Shown: in pieces, positions 1-10,743 of the stretch
How positions within the stretch are numbered: the stretch's first letter is position 1
Layout: each line of letters begins with the position of its first letter
From: Candidatus Latescibacterota bacterium
GTDB taxonomy: Bacteria > Latescibacterota > CBDEFO01
NCBI GenBank assembly: GCA_965237525.1
Contig: CBDEFO010000008.1
Location: 352,001-416,000, forward strand
Length of the DNA stretch: 64,000 nt
Reading direction: 5' to 3'
Program-made: the position numbers and the translations under genes
The notes under the pieces: generated by a model
What the model saw: the letters and a program-made list of their open reading frames with translations, nothing else
Told to the model about the DNA's origin: nothing
The model's database searches: none

Positions 1-1031
1 AGTGACATGTTGTCACTAAACCGAAGTGTGCCGGAGCAGAGACCTCCGATAGATCGTGGGGCGATCTCAAGCATCCATGGTCGAACTCCGACTACACGCC
101 CCTGACCTCGATTGATCCCCGACCCCCGATCCATTCGGGGGCTTGCCCCCGAATGATTCAATCGGGGATCGGGGGCCACCCGAAGCTCCGCATGCACAGG
201 ACCCTCTGAAAGTCCAAGTGCAGCGGCTGCCTTCGCCGTGCAGGCTTTGATCTCTGCCTGCAGGGGCATGGGAAGGCGAGAGGGGGTAACGTATATTGTC
301 TCTTCAAAGAACGGTCCATCGAGAGGATCAGGCTTGTCGAACAGCGCCAGAACCTGTAGCTTGCCCTTGGAGAGGAGTCCCTCCAGCGCCACCTCGAGGC
401 CCGGGATGAAGGTCTCGACCAGGATATGCTGCACTGATTCGCCTCCCTGGGCGGCCACTTCCGGCCGGCGCAAGATTGCGACGAGACGACGAAAGGCGAC
501 GACGAACTGGGCCACATCGTCGGCGCGGATGACACCGCGACTGGCGGAGAGAGACAGCGGCTTGATGACGCACGGGAAGCTAATTTCTTGCGCCACATCT
601 TCTGGCTTATCGTCGATAGAAAACCTCTCAAAGCGCGGCGAGAGGATGTCCACCTTTGCCAGGATCTCCCGCATACAGTACTTGTTTCGGGCGGCAGAGA
701 CCGAGCTCACTGAATTGTGCGAAAGTTCCAGCGCTTCCGAGGCTACCGCTGCTAATATTGCACCGTCGTCATCTGTGGATACCACAGCCCGGATCGGATA
801 TTCTTTGGCAAAATGGACAATGGCTCCCAAGGCCTCCTTCGGATTCAGAAAGTTGAGTGTGAGGTTTCCAGCTGGGTTTGCCGCCGATAAGACCTGAGGG
901 CGGTCAGTCCCGACCACAACGGACACATCCGCGATAGGATCAATCGGGGACAAGCGGAGCCGCTTTGCCGCCTCGAGGAACGCATTGGCCCTGTAACTAT
1001 TAGTAGACATCAAAAGAAGAATGCGATGCAT
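1..1031 (-). CDS. ATP-grasp domain protein (runs off left edge)
   Basis: Not in the ORF track because there is no stop in the window. Manual translation from ATG 1031 (GGAG upstream) gives MHRILLLMSTNSYRANAFLEAA...ARNKYCMRE...FPCVIKPLSLSASRGVIRADD...LVETFIPGLEVALEGLL...GPVHAELRV...PWMLEIAPRSIGG, which are ATP-grasp motifs. Frame is open to base 1. Confidence 0.85.
   Translation of the reverse strand, partial: MHRILLLMSTNSYRANAFLEAAKRLRLSPIDPIADVSVVVGTDRPQVLSAANPAGNLTLNFLNPKEALGAIVHFAKEYPIRAVVSTDDDGAILAAVASEALELSHNSVSSVSAARNKYCMREILAKVDILSPRFERFSIDDKPEDVAQEISFPCVIKPLSLSASRGVIRADDVAQFVVAFRRLVAILRRPEVAAQGGESVQHILVETFIPGLEVALEGLLSKGKLQVLALFDKPDPLDGPFFEETIYVTPSRLPMPLQAEIKACTAKAAAALGLSEGPVHAELRVAPDPRLNHSGASPRMDRGSGINRGQGRVVGVRPWMLEIAPRSIGGLCSGTLRFSDNMS
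100..176. repeat. nested cluster of CCCCGAT...ATCGGGG palindromes inside ATP-grasp CDS
   Basis: ccccgatccattcgggg and ccccgaatgattcaatcgggg within further ccccga/tcgggg arms. Confidence 0.8.
928..950. repeat. 23-bp dispersed palindrome copy (in CDS)
   Basis: tccgcgataggatcaatcgggga; encodes SPIDPIA on the minus strand. Confidence 0.8.
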
Positions 1032-1333
1032 TCGTCTCCAAGACCCTTCCTGCTTATAAAGCACCGGTAAATAATACGTCCAGACAGTCCCGATATGTTC
1101 AATCAAGGATAGAATCAATCTGGGGTCGAGAAACTTAATCAGGTGGATATTGTAATAATATTAGCAAACTTGCTTGAGAAAGGGCAAGTAAATCAACTCC
1201 TTTTTTCTATAGAATCTTCTGCCTGCGGCAAGAGTCCATATCAGCCGCTGTCAGCCAGCAGAACTGGCAGTGTGTCGTATCCATTGGTACAACGACCCCC
1301 GATTCAATAGGGGACAAGATTTCGGTATTGAAG

Positions 1334-1831
1334 TCACCGTCGGTTCGGTTGATATTCATAAGTCTTACTCTGTAAGTACTTGCTGTCATAGAAGATAAGA
1401 GGATAACCGTCGCGCAGATCGCCCGTTATGATCTCACCAATGAAGATATCATGGTCACCGCCCGACAGAACTTCAACGACCTGGCAATCCACGAACGCCA
1501 GCGCTTCGGACAGAATCGGAGAACCGGTCGCGGCCGTCGTCACCGCAAGTCCGGAGAAATCTTTCGGGCCAGGTGTTGCAAACCGGCGTGAAATCTCTTG
1601 TTGATCTTCCATCAACACATTAACCGCAAAGCATCTGCTCTGCTTCAGGCACTCGTACGTGTGGTTTCTTTGATCGACCGCAACTAAGACCAGCGGCGGG
1701 TCAAGCGACAGGGACGCGACTGCATTGGCTGTCAGCCCGCAGACATGGTCGCCGTAGCGCGTTGTCACCAACGTCACACCCGTTGCAAAGCGGCCCATGA
1801 TCCTCCGCTGCAACAACTCATCAAACGCCAT
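1334..1831 (-). CDS. flavin reductase family protein
   Basis: RRIMGRFATGVTLVTT, SLSLDPPLVLV, GGDHDIFIGE motifs. Confidence 0.92.
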   Translation of the reverse strand: MAFDELLQRRIMGRFATGVTLVTTRYGDHVCGLTANAVASLSLDPPLVLVAVDQRNHTYECLKQSRCFAVNVLMEDQQEISRRFATPGPKDFSGLAVTTAATGSPILSEALAFVDCQVVEVLSGGDHDIFIGEIITGDLRDGYPLIFYDSKYLQSKTYEYQPNRR

Positions 1832-1843
1832 TATTCGTTTCCC

Positions 1844-2707
1844 CTAGTCCCCGATTGAATCTATCGTGGAATAACCCTCCAGCACATCATGACATTTGTG
1901 CTTAATCTTTTGGATAGCTCTGTTTCTAATCTGACGCGCCCTCTCCCTGCTTATACCAAAAGCCGATCCAATTTGCTGCAACGTCATCGGCTCATCGTAG
2001 CCAAGCCCATAGTAAAGACGAACTATCTTAGCCTCCCTATCATTAAGCTTGGATAGACAATTCTCTATTGCCTGTGAAAAATTCTCCTCCTCAACTTGCC
2101 TATCCGTCACAGCACCTTGGTCTGATATTGTGTCCAACAGCGGGTTGTCCTCAAATTCGTCCAGTGCGGCGTCCAAGGATATGTCCGACTGCACGCACAC
2201 CAAAGCTTTATAGACCCGATTAAGACTTATATCGGCACTTTGGGCTATCTCTTCTGGTGATGGCCGCCGACCTAACTTCTGGGTTAAAGGCCCCACCCTT
2301 TTTGCCATCCTTTCAAGATCGTCAAAGTGACTCATAGGGAGACGAACTATCTTGATCTGCTCAGCGAATGCCTTTAATATAGCCTGTCTGACCCACCAAA
2401 CAGCATATGTTACGAATTTATAGCCTCTGGTCTCATCAAATCTTCTTGCTGCTTCGATAAGCCCGATGTTGCCTTCTGCTATCAGATCGGAAAGAGAAAG
2501 TCCTCTTCCCAGGTAATCCTTTGCAACAGAGACGACAAAGCTTAAATTGGCTGTAACTAACTTATCCCGGGCTTTCCTATCTCCCGTTTTGATCCTTTCA
2601 GCCAGTTTGACTTCCTCTTGTCTTTCAAGAGGTTTGTATGTCCTTATGTCCTTCAGATAAAGGTTTACGGACACGTCCTCGTTGAAAGAGAATGCCTTAT
2701 TCTTCAT
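1844..2707 (-). CDS. RNA polymerase sigma-70 factor, RpoD/SigA-like lacking region 1.1
   Basis: YLKDI region 1.2, DLIAEGNIGLIEAARRFD, KFVTYAVWWVRQAI, TLQQIG...SRERARQI. Start moved to MKNK at 2707. Confidence 0.9.
   Translation of the reverse strand: MKNKAFSFNEDVSVNLYLKDIRTYKPLERQEEVKLAERIKTGDRKARDKLVTANLSFVVSVAKDYLGRGLSLSDLIAEGNIGLIEAARRFDETRGYKFVTYAVWWVRQAILKAFAEQIKIVRLPMSHFDDLERMAKRVGPLTQKLGRRPSPEEIAQSADISLNRVYKALVCVQSDISLDAALDEFEDNPLLDTISDQGAVTDRQVEEENFSQAIENCLSKLNDREAKIVRLYYGLGYDEPMTLQQIGSAFGISRERARQIRNRAIQKIKHKCHDVLEGYSTIDSIGD
1848..1870. repeat. 23-bp dispersed palindrome copy forming the sigma factor C-terminus
   Basis: tccccgattgaatctatcgtgga, read as STIDSIGD immediately before the stop. 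Confidence 0.8.
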
Positions 2708-3089
2708 AGTATTCTCATCCCCAGTTCTGTTCTGCGTGACATCGCCCAATTCTCCCCCCAAAAAGCCCTTCGATCCAGCTCGTAGCTTAATTCTCACTTT
2801 CTGGGGATCCCTCAGATATAGAGACGACAGCGTCCTTTGCCTTCAGATCCTCGAAGTCTACAGTGCACATAGCACAGATGTTCCAGGTCAGGGCGGACAG
2901 CTCTTGTGAGGGCTTTTGTTATATTTTATAAACTATATAATTAAAAAATATGCCGATTTTTATATTTTGTCAAGTATTTTTTTATAAAGTCTTGCTTGTG
3001 ACCGATTTTCATGTTATACTTGCTTGTAACCTCTTATACTTCTTGTAACCTCCAAAGTTTCCGAAAATTAAGGAATGTGAAAACCCACT

Positions 3090-3719
3090 ATGAACGAAAC
3101 GCCACAATCGACACGCCAGGAGCTTCTTGAGACACTCAAGATGAATGGTGAGATGACTGTCGAGGCATTGAGCGCGCTGATCGGAATTACTACCATGGGA
3201 GTGCGACAGCATCTGGCAGTTCTGGAAAAAGATGGTCTCGTTTCCAGCCGGACTGTGCGCCAGAAGGTGGGGCGTCCCGCTCTCCATTTTCAGCTCACAG
3301 AGCGGTCCGAAGCCCTCTTTCCCCAGCGATATGGGCACTTTGCAACGAGCATTCTGGAGCAGATTCGCCAACTTGACGGAGATGAGAAGATCGATCTTAT
3401 TCTGCGAAAAAGGGCCGAGTTACAGATCGAAGCTTACCGACAGAGAATAGAGGCAAAGCCTCTTTTAGAACAGGTAACGGAACTGGCCAGAATCAGAGAC
3501 GACGAGGGTTATATGGCTGAGGTTCGGGATCTTGGCGATGGCAGTTTTGAGCTCATTGAACACCACTGTCCGATTGCTGACGTTGCGCGTATGTGTGAAA
3601 AAGTTTGCACATACGAACTCGAGGTCTTTCGTCAGGTGCTCGATGCTGATGTGGTGTTTAGTGATCATAAGATGCGTGGCGATTCTCAGTGCAGCTACAT
3701 TCTGAAAAAGAGAAAATGA
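3090..3719 (+). CDS. SufR-like / ArsR-type winged-helix transcriptional regulator
   Basis: GVRQHLAVLEKDGLV, VGRP, FPQRY, EHHCPI...C...C..EL and a C-terminal Cys. Confidence 0.85.
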   Translation: MNETPQSTRQELLETLKMNGEMTVEALSALIGITTMGVRQHLAVLEKDGLVSSRTVRQKVGRPALHFQLTERSEALFPQRYGHFATSILEQIRQLDGDEKIDLILRKRAELQIEAYRQRIEAKPLLEQVTELARIRDDEGYMAEVRDLGDGSFELIEHHCPIADVARMCEKVCTYELEVFRQVLDADVVFSDHKMRGDSQCSYILKKRK

Positions 3720-3787
3720 CAGGATACAAATAGGGCTTGACCTATCCTTCTAATTTTGTTATATTCAATGTAGTTAAGGAGGATACA

Positions 3788-3934
3788 ATGAACTTACTTG
3801 CCATTTACCGCCAGTTTACAGACCAACAAGCTTGCATTGACCGCTTAGAGAATATTCGATGGCTGGTTTTTTCCCTTTGCCCTTTCTGTGGCAGCGACAG
3901 AGTAGCCCGGAAGGCCGAAAATAGCCGCTTATGA
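3788..3934 (+). pseudogene. truncated IS1595 transposase N-terminus (Zn ribbon)
   Basis: MNLLAIYRQFTDQQACIDRLENIRW...CPFCGSDRVARK is homologous to the 40497-41372 N-terminus; AAGGAGG RBS; sequence breaks at about 3930. Confidence 0.85.
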
Positions 3935-4113
3935 TGTGGAAAGAGGCTAACGGAAAGAGTAAAACAGCCGCTACCAGACAAGAGCTAAAAAAGATGAGGG
4001 ACAACTCTTCAAAAGCCAAGACCATAGCTCGCTTGGGAAACGAAGGTAAAGCTCCCGAGAATCCGAGTGATGAAATATTTGTTGAGGCTTTTGGACAGAC
4101 TGCTCCAACTTAG
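3931..4113 (+). pseudogene. 3' fragment of a phage gene upstream of the capsid gene (possible scaffold protein)
   Basis: Position just before the capsid gene; no recognisable motif. Confidence 0.3.
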
Positions 4114-4130
4114 AAAGAAGATGAACTCAA

Positions 4131-5436
4131 ATGGCTACACTATCAGAAATGAGAGCGACAGAGAACGTAGGCGGAACAGTGCCGCTTCAGGATAGGAGAA
4201 AGTACGACACGTCAGACGGGATAATCTTGATGGGACTTGCTCAATCTCCTTTGCTGAATATCATGAGTCGGAAGATGATGAAGAAAATGACTGATGACCC
4301 TGAGTACAAGCATTGGTCTGATCTTGAGTTAACATACAAGGGCACTCTGGAAGGTTCTGATGCAGACGGTAATGCAGCTGCTATTGCTACTGGCACAGAG
4401 TACTTCAAGGGGACTAACCTTGGTATCATGATGCAAGTTGGTGCACAGCTTTATATGGAGTCAGAACAGGTTAATCAGACCAATACTGCCCCAGCTATAC
4501 ATGGTGAGGTTTGTATATGTGAAACCAAGATCACAAATGATGTTATCAAGGTTAAAAGAGGTGGTGGTGACGGGAAATTGTCTACTAACGTGACTGCTGG
4601 CTCCGGCAAGACTCTCAATTGGGTTGCTATGGGTGTTACCTACCAGCGAAGGCGCCGGGACTGGTACTGGCTTTACAGAGACACTGACAGAGGACAGTAA
4701 TTATATTGAGATAGTCAAGTGTCCCTGGAGTGCTACTGATACCAACGTAAAGACTAAGTGCTACGGTGAAAATGACTTTCAACACCCGGAGAGAAAGGCT
4801 CGGGACTTCTTCTTAAGGACTGTCGAGCTTAAGTTCTTCTTAGGTCATAAGTATAGAGACTCTGTTGATGGAGAACGCAGGCGGTTCACAGGTGGCGCCG
4901 TAGACTATATACTTGGTGGTAACAACGTCGCCTATGATTCAACAAAGGACATGGTGAACGGTGATGGCTCGAAGAGATACTGGAAGATAGGAGCTGTGGC
5001 GAAGCTCACCAAGGCTAACGTCAACAAGTTTGTTGAGCAGTTGTTCAAATACGGCAACAAGAACAAGGTTGCCTTCTGTTCTCCTGGTTTCTTGACCGTG
5101 TTTCAGGATCTCTTTGACTCAGCTCTCAGGCTGGAGAATGGTGTGACCAGTTACAAGCTTGCCATCACTCGGTATGAAAGTAGTCATGGAGTTCTCGATC
5201 TGGTGTCTGATCCTGTTTTCTATGATCTTCATCAGTATGATGTAGTTGTGCTTGATACCGACTACACCGCGTATAGGTTTATGCCTGACATGGACATACA
5301 TATTGACAAGGGACCTAACGGAAAGGGAATTCAGAGCAATGATGCCAAGAGAATGACCTATCAGATGTATGCTCAGATAGGATTTGATATTACATTCCCC
5401 GACGCACATGCATACATATATGGCTATAACGGCTAA
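4131..5436 (+). pseudogene. phage major capsid protein (DUF5309/SU10-like), frameshifted
   Basis: RRKYDTSD..SPLL..KKMTDDPEYK, NYIEIVK, RRFTGGAV, FKYGNKNKVAFCS, YESSHGVLDLV. One extra base at about 4644 separates ORFs 4131-4700 and 4624-5436 (restored join GVTY-SEGAG). Confidence 0.75.
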
Positions 5437-5735
5437 AGGGAAGATGGCAATATAGCATTACGAATGCTTGATGCCAGTGCGTTGCTTTACTTCGATGACA
5501 TGTTAACTCTGTTAATACTGCCAAGATAACCGGGAGTGTTGATTGTGTAGGTGGGGTTACAATGTAGATGAAGCTACTCTGAAGACTGGCTTACCCGCTT
5601 CGGTAAGTCTTCTAATGGCCCTCTTGCAGTAACAATAGCTGTAGTGACACTCCCAACTAAAACATTACGCATTGAAGCGATATGGGCTTGACTTTCTGTA
5701 GGGCGCGTGCTATATTAGATGCAGGAGGACAAGCC

Positions 5736-6600
5736 ATGAACTTACTCACCATCTTCAGCCGCTAACCCCAATCAGGAAGCCTGCATCGAGCACCTTGAGA
5801 AGGTGCGCTGGCACAGCGAACCGCACTGTGATAGCGTCCGCGTGGCGCGCAAGATAGACGGGGGGCGTATAGGCCGGTGGAACTGCCACGCTTGCCATCG
5901 CAGCTACAATGTTCTAGCTAACACCGTCTTTTGCGGCACCAAGATACCGCTCCAAAAGTGGTTCCTGTGCATTGGCCTCATGGTAAACGCCAAAAAAAGC
6001 CTGTCAAGTCATCAACTGGCCCGCGACCTCAACTTGGTGCAGTCCACCGCTCTTTACATGCAAGTGCGCATCCGAGCGCAGATGGGTTCTGCGCAAGCTG
6101 GCCTGCTTCGAGGCATCGTCGAAGTTGATGAGACCTATGTGGGCGGACGCCCCCGCCACGCTTCACCTACTTCCCCTCGGAATAACCCGCGCGGACGCGG
6201 AACGCGTAAGACCCCTGTTATCGGGGCAGTTGAGCGCGGCGGGAAGGTCGTTGCGCAGGTTGCCAAAGACCTCACGGGCAGAGGTGTCCTGCGCTTCATC
6301 AAGGCCGCCGTCGATCCCTACGGCTCCCTACTCGTAACCGACGAATACAGGGCCTACAACACAGTCCGGCGTGACTTTCGCCATGCCATCGTTGACCACA
6401 GCAAGACTTACTCTGACGGCCTTGTTCACACGAACACGATAGAGGGCGTATGGTCGTTGCTCAAGCGGGCGTAGTACGGTTCGCACCATCACTACTCGAA
6501 GCGTTACGCGCCGCTCTATGTAGCCGAGGCCTGCTACAAGTACAACGAGCGTGAGAACGACAACGCCTTCGGCTCCTTCGTGCGCGGGTGCTTCGCATGA
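5736..6600 (+). pseudogene. IS1595 transposase, inactivated
   Basis: VEVDETYVGG, VTDEY, NTIEGVWS motifs. Relative to copy B: +1 base near 5764, a 9-bp deletion in the Zn ribbon, and TAG at 6472-6474 where copy B has TGG. Confidence 0.9.
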
Positions 6601-8193
6601 ACCGGCTTTACTGCGGCGATTGCCTTGCCATCATGCAGAATATGCCATTCTCAAGCGTGGATCTGATTTACCTTGATCCGCCCTTCAACTCCAATCGATA
6701 TTACAACGCCATCTACAAGGACGAAACCGGACGCCCGCTACCCGATCAGATAGAGGCATTTTGCGACACCTGGGAGCTAGATGACGACCGCGAACGCGCC
6801 ATACGTACCATGCCGGTTTTGATGCGCAAGGCGAGTATCGACGATACCGCAGCAAAGCTATGGCAATTGTGGATGCATGCGTTGCGTAACACACAGCCGC
6901 GCCTGTTGGCTTATCTATCATACATGACTGAACGCTTGCTCTATATGAAGTCAATCTTGAAACCGACGGGGAGTATTTATCTGCACTACGACCCCACAAC
7001 AAGCCATTATCTCAAGGTGTTTATGGACGCGATATTCGGGCATGACAACTTCAGGAACGAAATCGCATGGGAGCGAATTAAAGGCGCTGGAAAAGGGAGC
7101 CAACACAAGGCAAAGGGCTTTGGGCGGTCAAGCGATAGGGTTCTTTTCTACTCAAAGTCGGGGGGGGCATAGAGTTACAAGGACTGAAATCATGACCCCA
7201 TACAAAAACATAGAGACAGACTTTCCTTGCCTCGATGAGAAAGGCCCCTACAAGCGAAGGAGCCCATTTCGTCCACCCGGACTAGGTGAGCGCCCCAATC
7301 TTTGCTATGAATACAAAGGGATATACCCACCTCACAAATCGGGATGGACTACAAGCAAAGACCGCCTTATTACCTTAGACGAAGAAGGCGAATTAGAGTT
7401 TATAGACGATGTGGTTTGGAGAAAGCAGAGGCCCGGCAAGGGAATAGCCCCGAATGACATTTGGCATGACATCGGCCCCGCGCTAGGCTCAGAGCGCATG
7501 GGTTATGCCACCCAGAAGCCAGTAGCCTTGTTAGAGCGCATTATCAAGGCTTCTAGCAACCCAGGCGACCTTGTGTTAGACCCATTCTGCGGATGCGCCA
7601 CTACGCTCGAAGCAGCGCACCATCTTGGGCGGCGATGGATCGGCATTGACATCGCCATTCACGCCGTCAAGCGAGTCGCGCAAAAGCGCTTGCAGGAGCG
7701 TTGCGGCCTGGAGGCTGGCAAGGACTACGTTATCGAAGGCATACCGCGCGACCTATGGGAGCGAGACAAGTATCACTTCCAAAAGTGGGCCGTCGAACAG
7801 GTAGACGGCTTTGTAACATCGCGGCGCACGGGCGACGGCGGTATTGACGGGCGTGTTTACTGCGACGTGCCAGGAGAACGCGAGCTACAAAGCATGGTCA
7901 TCGAAGTCAAGGGCGGCAAGAACGTCAGCATCCACGACCTTCGCGCGTTGCGTTGCGTGCTCGACAATGACGACGCGCTCATGGCTGGGCTCATCGTCAT
8001 GGAGCCGTTGGGGGAAACGAAAGCGCACAACTTCAACCGCTTCATGGCCGAGGTGGGCGATCTTGAGGTGTTGGGCATTCCTTACCCCAGGATGCAGATG
8101 CTCACCGTTGCAGAGATTGTCGAGGGCAAGCGGTTCAGTACGCCGAGCGTGGTGGGCTTGCGCCGCGAACGGCAGACGCAGTTGCCCGTCTGA
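6597..8193 (+). pseudogene. beta-class amino-DNA methyltransferase fused to an Mrr-like PD-(D/E)xK nuclease, frameshifted at a G8 tract
   Basis: DLIYLDPPF, YATQKP, LDPFCGCATT; C-terminal FQKWAV..GDGGIDG..IEVKGG. The frame changes at G8 7160-7167. ATGA overlap with the transposase stop. Confidence 0.85.
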
Positions 8194-8290
8194 GGTCGTC
8201 AAGCCCATATCGCTTCAATGCGTACAAATATAGACCTCAGCTAATTACGGAGGAGGCTCGTCCAATATGGACGGGCCTTTGATATGTACG

Positions 8291-9415
8291 CTAAAACTGA
8301 CCACTGCAGAGCTTCTCAATCATGCGCTGGTACACTCCGACGGCCTCTCTAAGCTCTGCTATTTCAATCCACTCACCGACCGTATGCGCCTGGGCGATGT
8401 CTCCGGGCCCCAGGATCACGAGTTGAAGGTGATCTTTGAAGATCGCCGCATCTGTGCCAAACGGCACAGTTCTTGGTTTCTCCACTCCAGTGGCTTCAAG
8501 CGCAATCTGAACGATCTCTGCCTCAGGTGAAATGTAAAACGGACTGTTGACGGACGAGGCTACTTCAAAACCATAACTGTTGGCTTTTCCCGCCACCATA
8601 TCGATCACGTCGTGACTGCGATCGTTCGGCATCGTCCTGAATCCGATGGTGCAGACTGCCTTTTCTGCAGTGACGTTGGACTTACAGCCGCCGTCATCCA
8701 GCACCATATTGAATCCGATAGTCGGAGGATCGAACTGGTGATTCATAAACGACTCGTCGGTCTTGAACATCCTGGCCAGTTCGGCCATCTCTGCCAGAAA
8801 GGGAGCGATGAGGAAGTTCGCTGAGATGCCCAGATCGGTACTTGTATGGGCAGCCCTACCGTGAGCAGTCACGATCACTCGGCCGCCCCCCTTATGTGCA
8901 TAGACGGGGACGAGGCTTGTCGGCTCGGCTATCACACCGTATCTAGGGCGAACCGTCTTGAAGTGAACGGACTCTTCAGCTACTTGGCAGGCGCCCTGAC
9001 CCGTGATCTCCTCATCCGCCGTGATGACAATAAGAAGGGGGCTCTTGAGTTTGGCACCGTCGACTCTGGCCCCAGCGGCAATTGTGGCGGCCAGCGGACC
9101 CTTCATATCGCAACTGCCAAGACCAATGAGGCGACCATCTTCAATTGCAGGATCTAACGCATCCCTGTCCCACTCGTCGGCAGGAACAGTATCCGAGTGT
9201 GATAACAGTGCAAAACCGCCTGCATCCTCGCCCTTCTTACCCACCAGACTGACCTTGCGCTCGCCGTTCAGGTCCACGTACTCCAGACGTTCTACTTCAA
9301 AGGAATACCGCTCCAATGTCTCTTCAAGGAGATCGGAAACTTGTGCGTTGCTCTCTCGGCTGACAGAGCCAACTGCTACGAGGTCTCTGGTAAGTTGAAC
9401 TACGTCAACTTCCAT
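8291..9415 (-). CDS. argE: M20 metallopeptidase, acetylornithine deacetylase-like
   Basis: SHSDTVP, GLGSCDMKG, TADEE, AEPT, FGTDA, GPGDIAQAHT. Confidence 0.85.
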   Translation of the reverse strand: MEVDVVQLTRDLVAVGSVSRESNAQVSDLLEETLERYSFEVERLEYVDLNGERKVSLVGKKGEDAGGFALLSHSDTVPADEWDRDALDPAIEDGRLIGLGSCDMKGPLAATIAAGARVDGAKLKSPLLIVITADEEITGQGACQVAEESVHFKTVRPRYGVIAEPTSLVPVYAHKGGGRVIVTAHGRAAHTSTDLGISANFLIAPFLAEMAELARMFKTDESFMNHQFDPPTIGFNMVLDDGGCKSNVTAEKAVCTIGFRTMPNDRSHDVIDMVAGKANSYGFEVASSVNSPFYISPEAEIVQIALEATGVEKPRTVPFGTDAAIFKDHLQLVILGPGDIAQAHTVGEWIEIAELREAVGVYQRMIEKLCSGQF

Positions 9416-9921
9416 TTAGTAACTCCCAATTTAGAAATGCGCTGTAACGCAGATTTTCAACTGGGGATATTACATTGTAGCAAGGATAATTTGTTTTGGC
9501 CAGAAAGTCAACTGAAAATTGACATCGCCATATACTGTCTGTCATTTTTGTCTGCTGCAAGCACAAGAAGTTGATATTATCCCCACAATTCCAATTCACA
9601 TCCCAAAGTTCCCTTTGTATCTCCCGTCCTGAAGTGGGTTATACAAGCTTCGTCAATATCCAGAATAACAAGGGTGACTAAACACGATGATTAAGAAAGT
9701 TATCGCCCAAGCTCCCGAGCGTGTAGTAGTCGCCGACATCCCTCTTCCCTTTACGCAGGCACCTGACGTTTACAGAATGCTCATGGAAAAGCCGCAGGAA
9801 AACGTTGCTGTCTTGTTGCAATGGGAGTGAGAAGAAGTAGGGAGAGTGCTTAGCCCACTTAGTGCCTTTCTGCCACCCAGGCAAAGCGCGCAACGCTCCG
9901 AAGAATCCCATGACGCCAACT

Positions 9922-10743
9922 TCACCTATCGGATAAGTCGTCTCCCAGATCGGTGGAGTCGAATTTGCCCTTTTCGAGGCAGACGTCCATGCTGATAAGC
10001 TCTATGTCCCGGTCTGTGTGGTTGTATATCCCGTGAGATCCTCCAAGCCTGTTGGGCACAAGGTCGCCTGCCTTCACTTCCTCCGTTTCATCGTCCACAG
10101 TAATTCTTCCGCTCCCCGAAAGTATTATGTAGCACGCCTCCATTGTGTCGTGCTTGTGGTAGCCGATCGAACAGGCTGGCGGTATGAGCATGTGATGGCT
10201 GAAGCCCCAAGAGGTCTTAAAGTCTTTGTGAGACCAGAGTTCCCGAATGCCGATCTCACCTTTGCCTTGATGAGCACTGCTGCTCCACATTAGCAGATTT
10301 TTGTCCAAATAGGCTTTGGGAAGCTTTTCCGAAGGACCGGGTTCTGCCTTTGCCAGGTCGTCTTCAAAGTTGCGGCAATCGTATGGTAGGCTTGGGCTCA
10401 CTACCCCCATGTTCATAAACTGAGTCTCCATGTCAGTGTGGTTGTAGAGGCCGTGCGAGTCTCCCTTAAAGCAGGGAACCATTACAGGGCCTTTGAGTTC
10501 TGCGGTGTTTCCGTTGTGTGTGAACATAGCGGCGTTGTCGAAGATCGTGTACATCTCCTCCATAGCCTCGTGGGCGTGGTGTCCGATGCCCGATTTTGGC
10601 GGCAGAACGCCCATGCCGATGAATAACCACGGCGTCTGAAAATCCTCCTCTCCCCACAGATTCATATATTGTATCGCCCCAGCGCCAAAGTGGGACTTTT
10701 CGGGTTCTCCGTATTTCGAGGGGTCATTGTGAGCGATTCTCAT
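9922..10743 (-). CDS. bicupin domain protein
   Basis: Two cupin motifs: IGHHAHEAMEE..SHGLYN and IGYHKHDTMEA..SHGIYN. Confidence 0.85.
   Translation of the reverse strand: MRIAHNDPSKYGEPEKSHFGAGAIQYMNLWGEEDFQTPWLFIGMGVLPPKSGIGHHAHEAMEEMYTIFDNAAMFTHNGNTAELKGPVMVPCFKGDSHGLYNHTDMETQFMNMGVVSPSLPYDCRNFEDDLAKAEPGPSEKLPKAYLDKNLLMWSSSAHQGKGEIGIRELWSHKDFKTSWGFSHHMLIPPACSIGYHKHDTMEACYIILSGSGRITVDDETEEVKAGDLVPNRLGGSHGIYNHTDRDIELISMDVCLEKGKFDSTDLGDDLSDR

Larger units (their letters stand above)
3733..8222. mobile_element. composite IS1595-bounded insertion containing a phage fragment
   Basis: Identical 8-mer TACAAATA at 3725-3732 and 8223-8230. The left side begins with a partial IR (gggcttgac), the right side ends with the full IR. 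Confidence 0.65.
5668..8222 (+). mobile_element. IS1595-family transposon copy A with MTase-nuclease cargo
   Basis: Perfect 25-bp inverted repeats CGCATTGAAGCGATATGGGCTTGAC at 5668-5692 and 8198-8222. Confidence 0.92.

Noticed and set aside
158..897. Track ORFs 158-631, 238-897 and 328-573
   Set aside because: Shadow frames of the ATP-grasp gene.
9560..9920. Short minus-strand ORF between argE and the cupin gene
   Set aside because: No recognisable motif or RBS.
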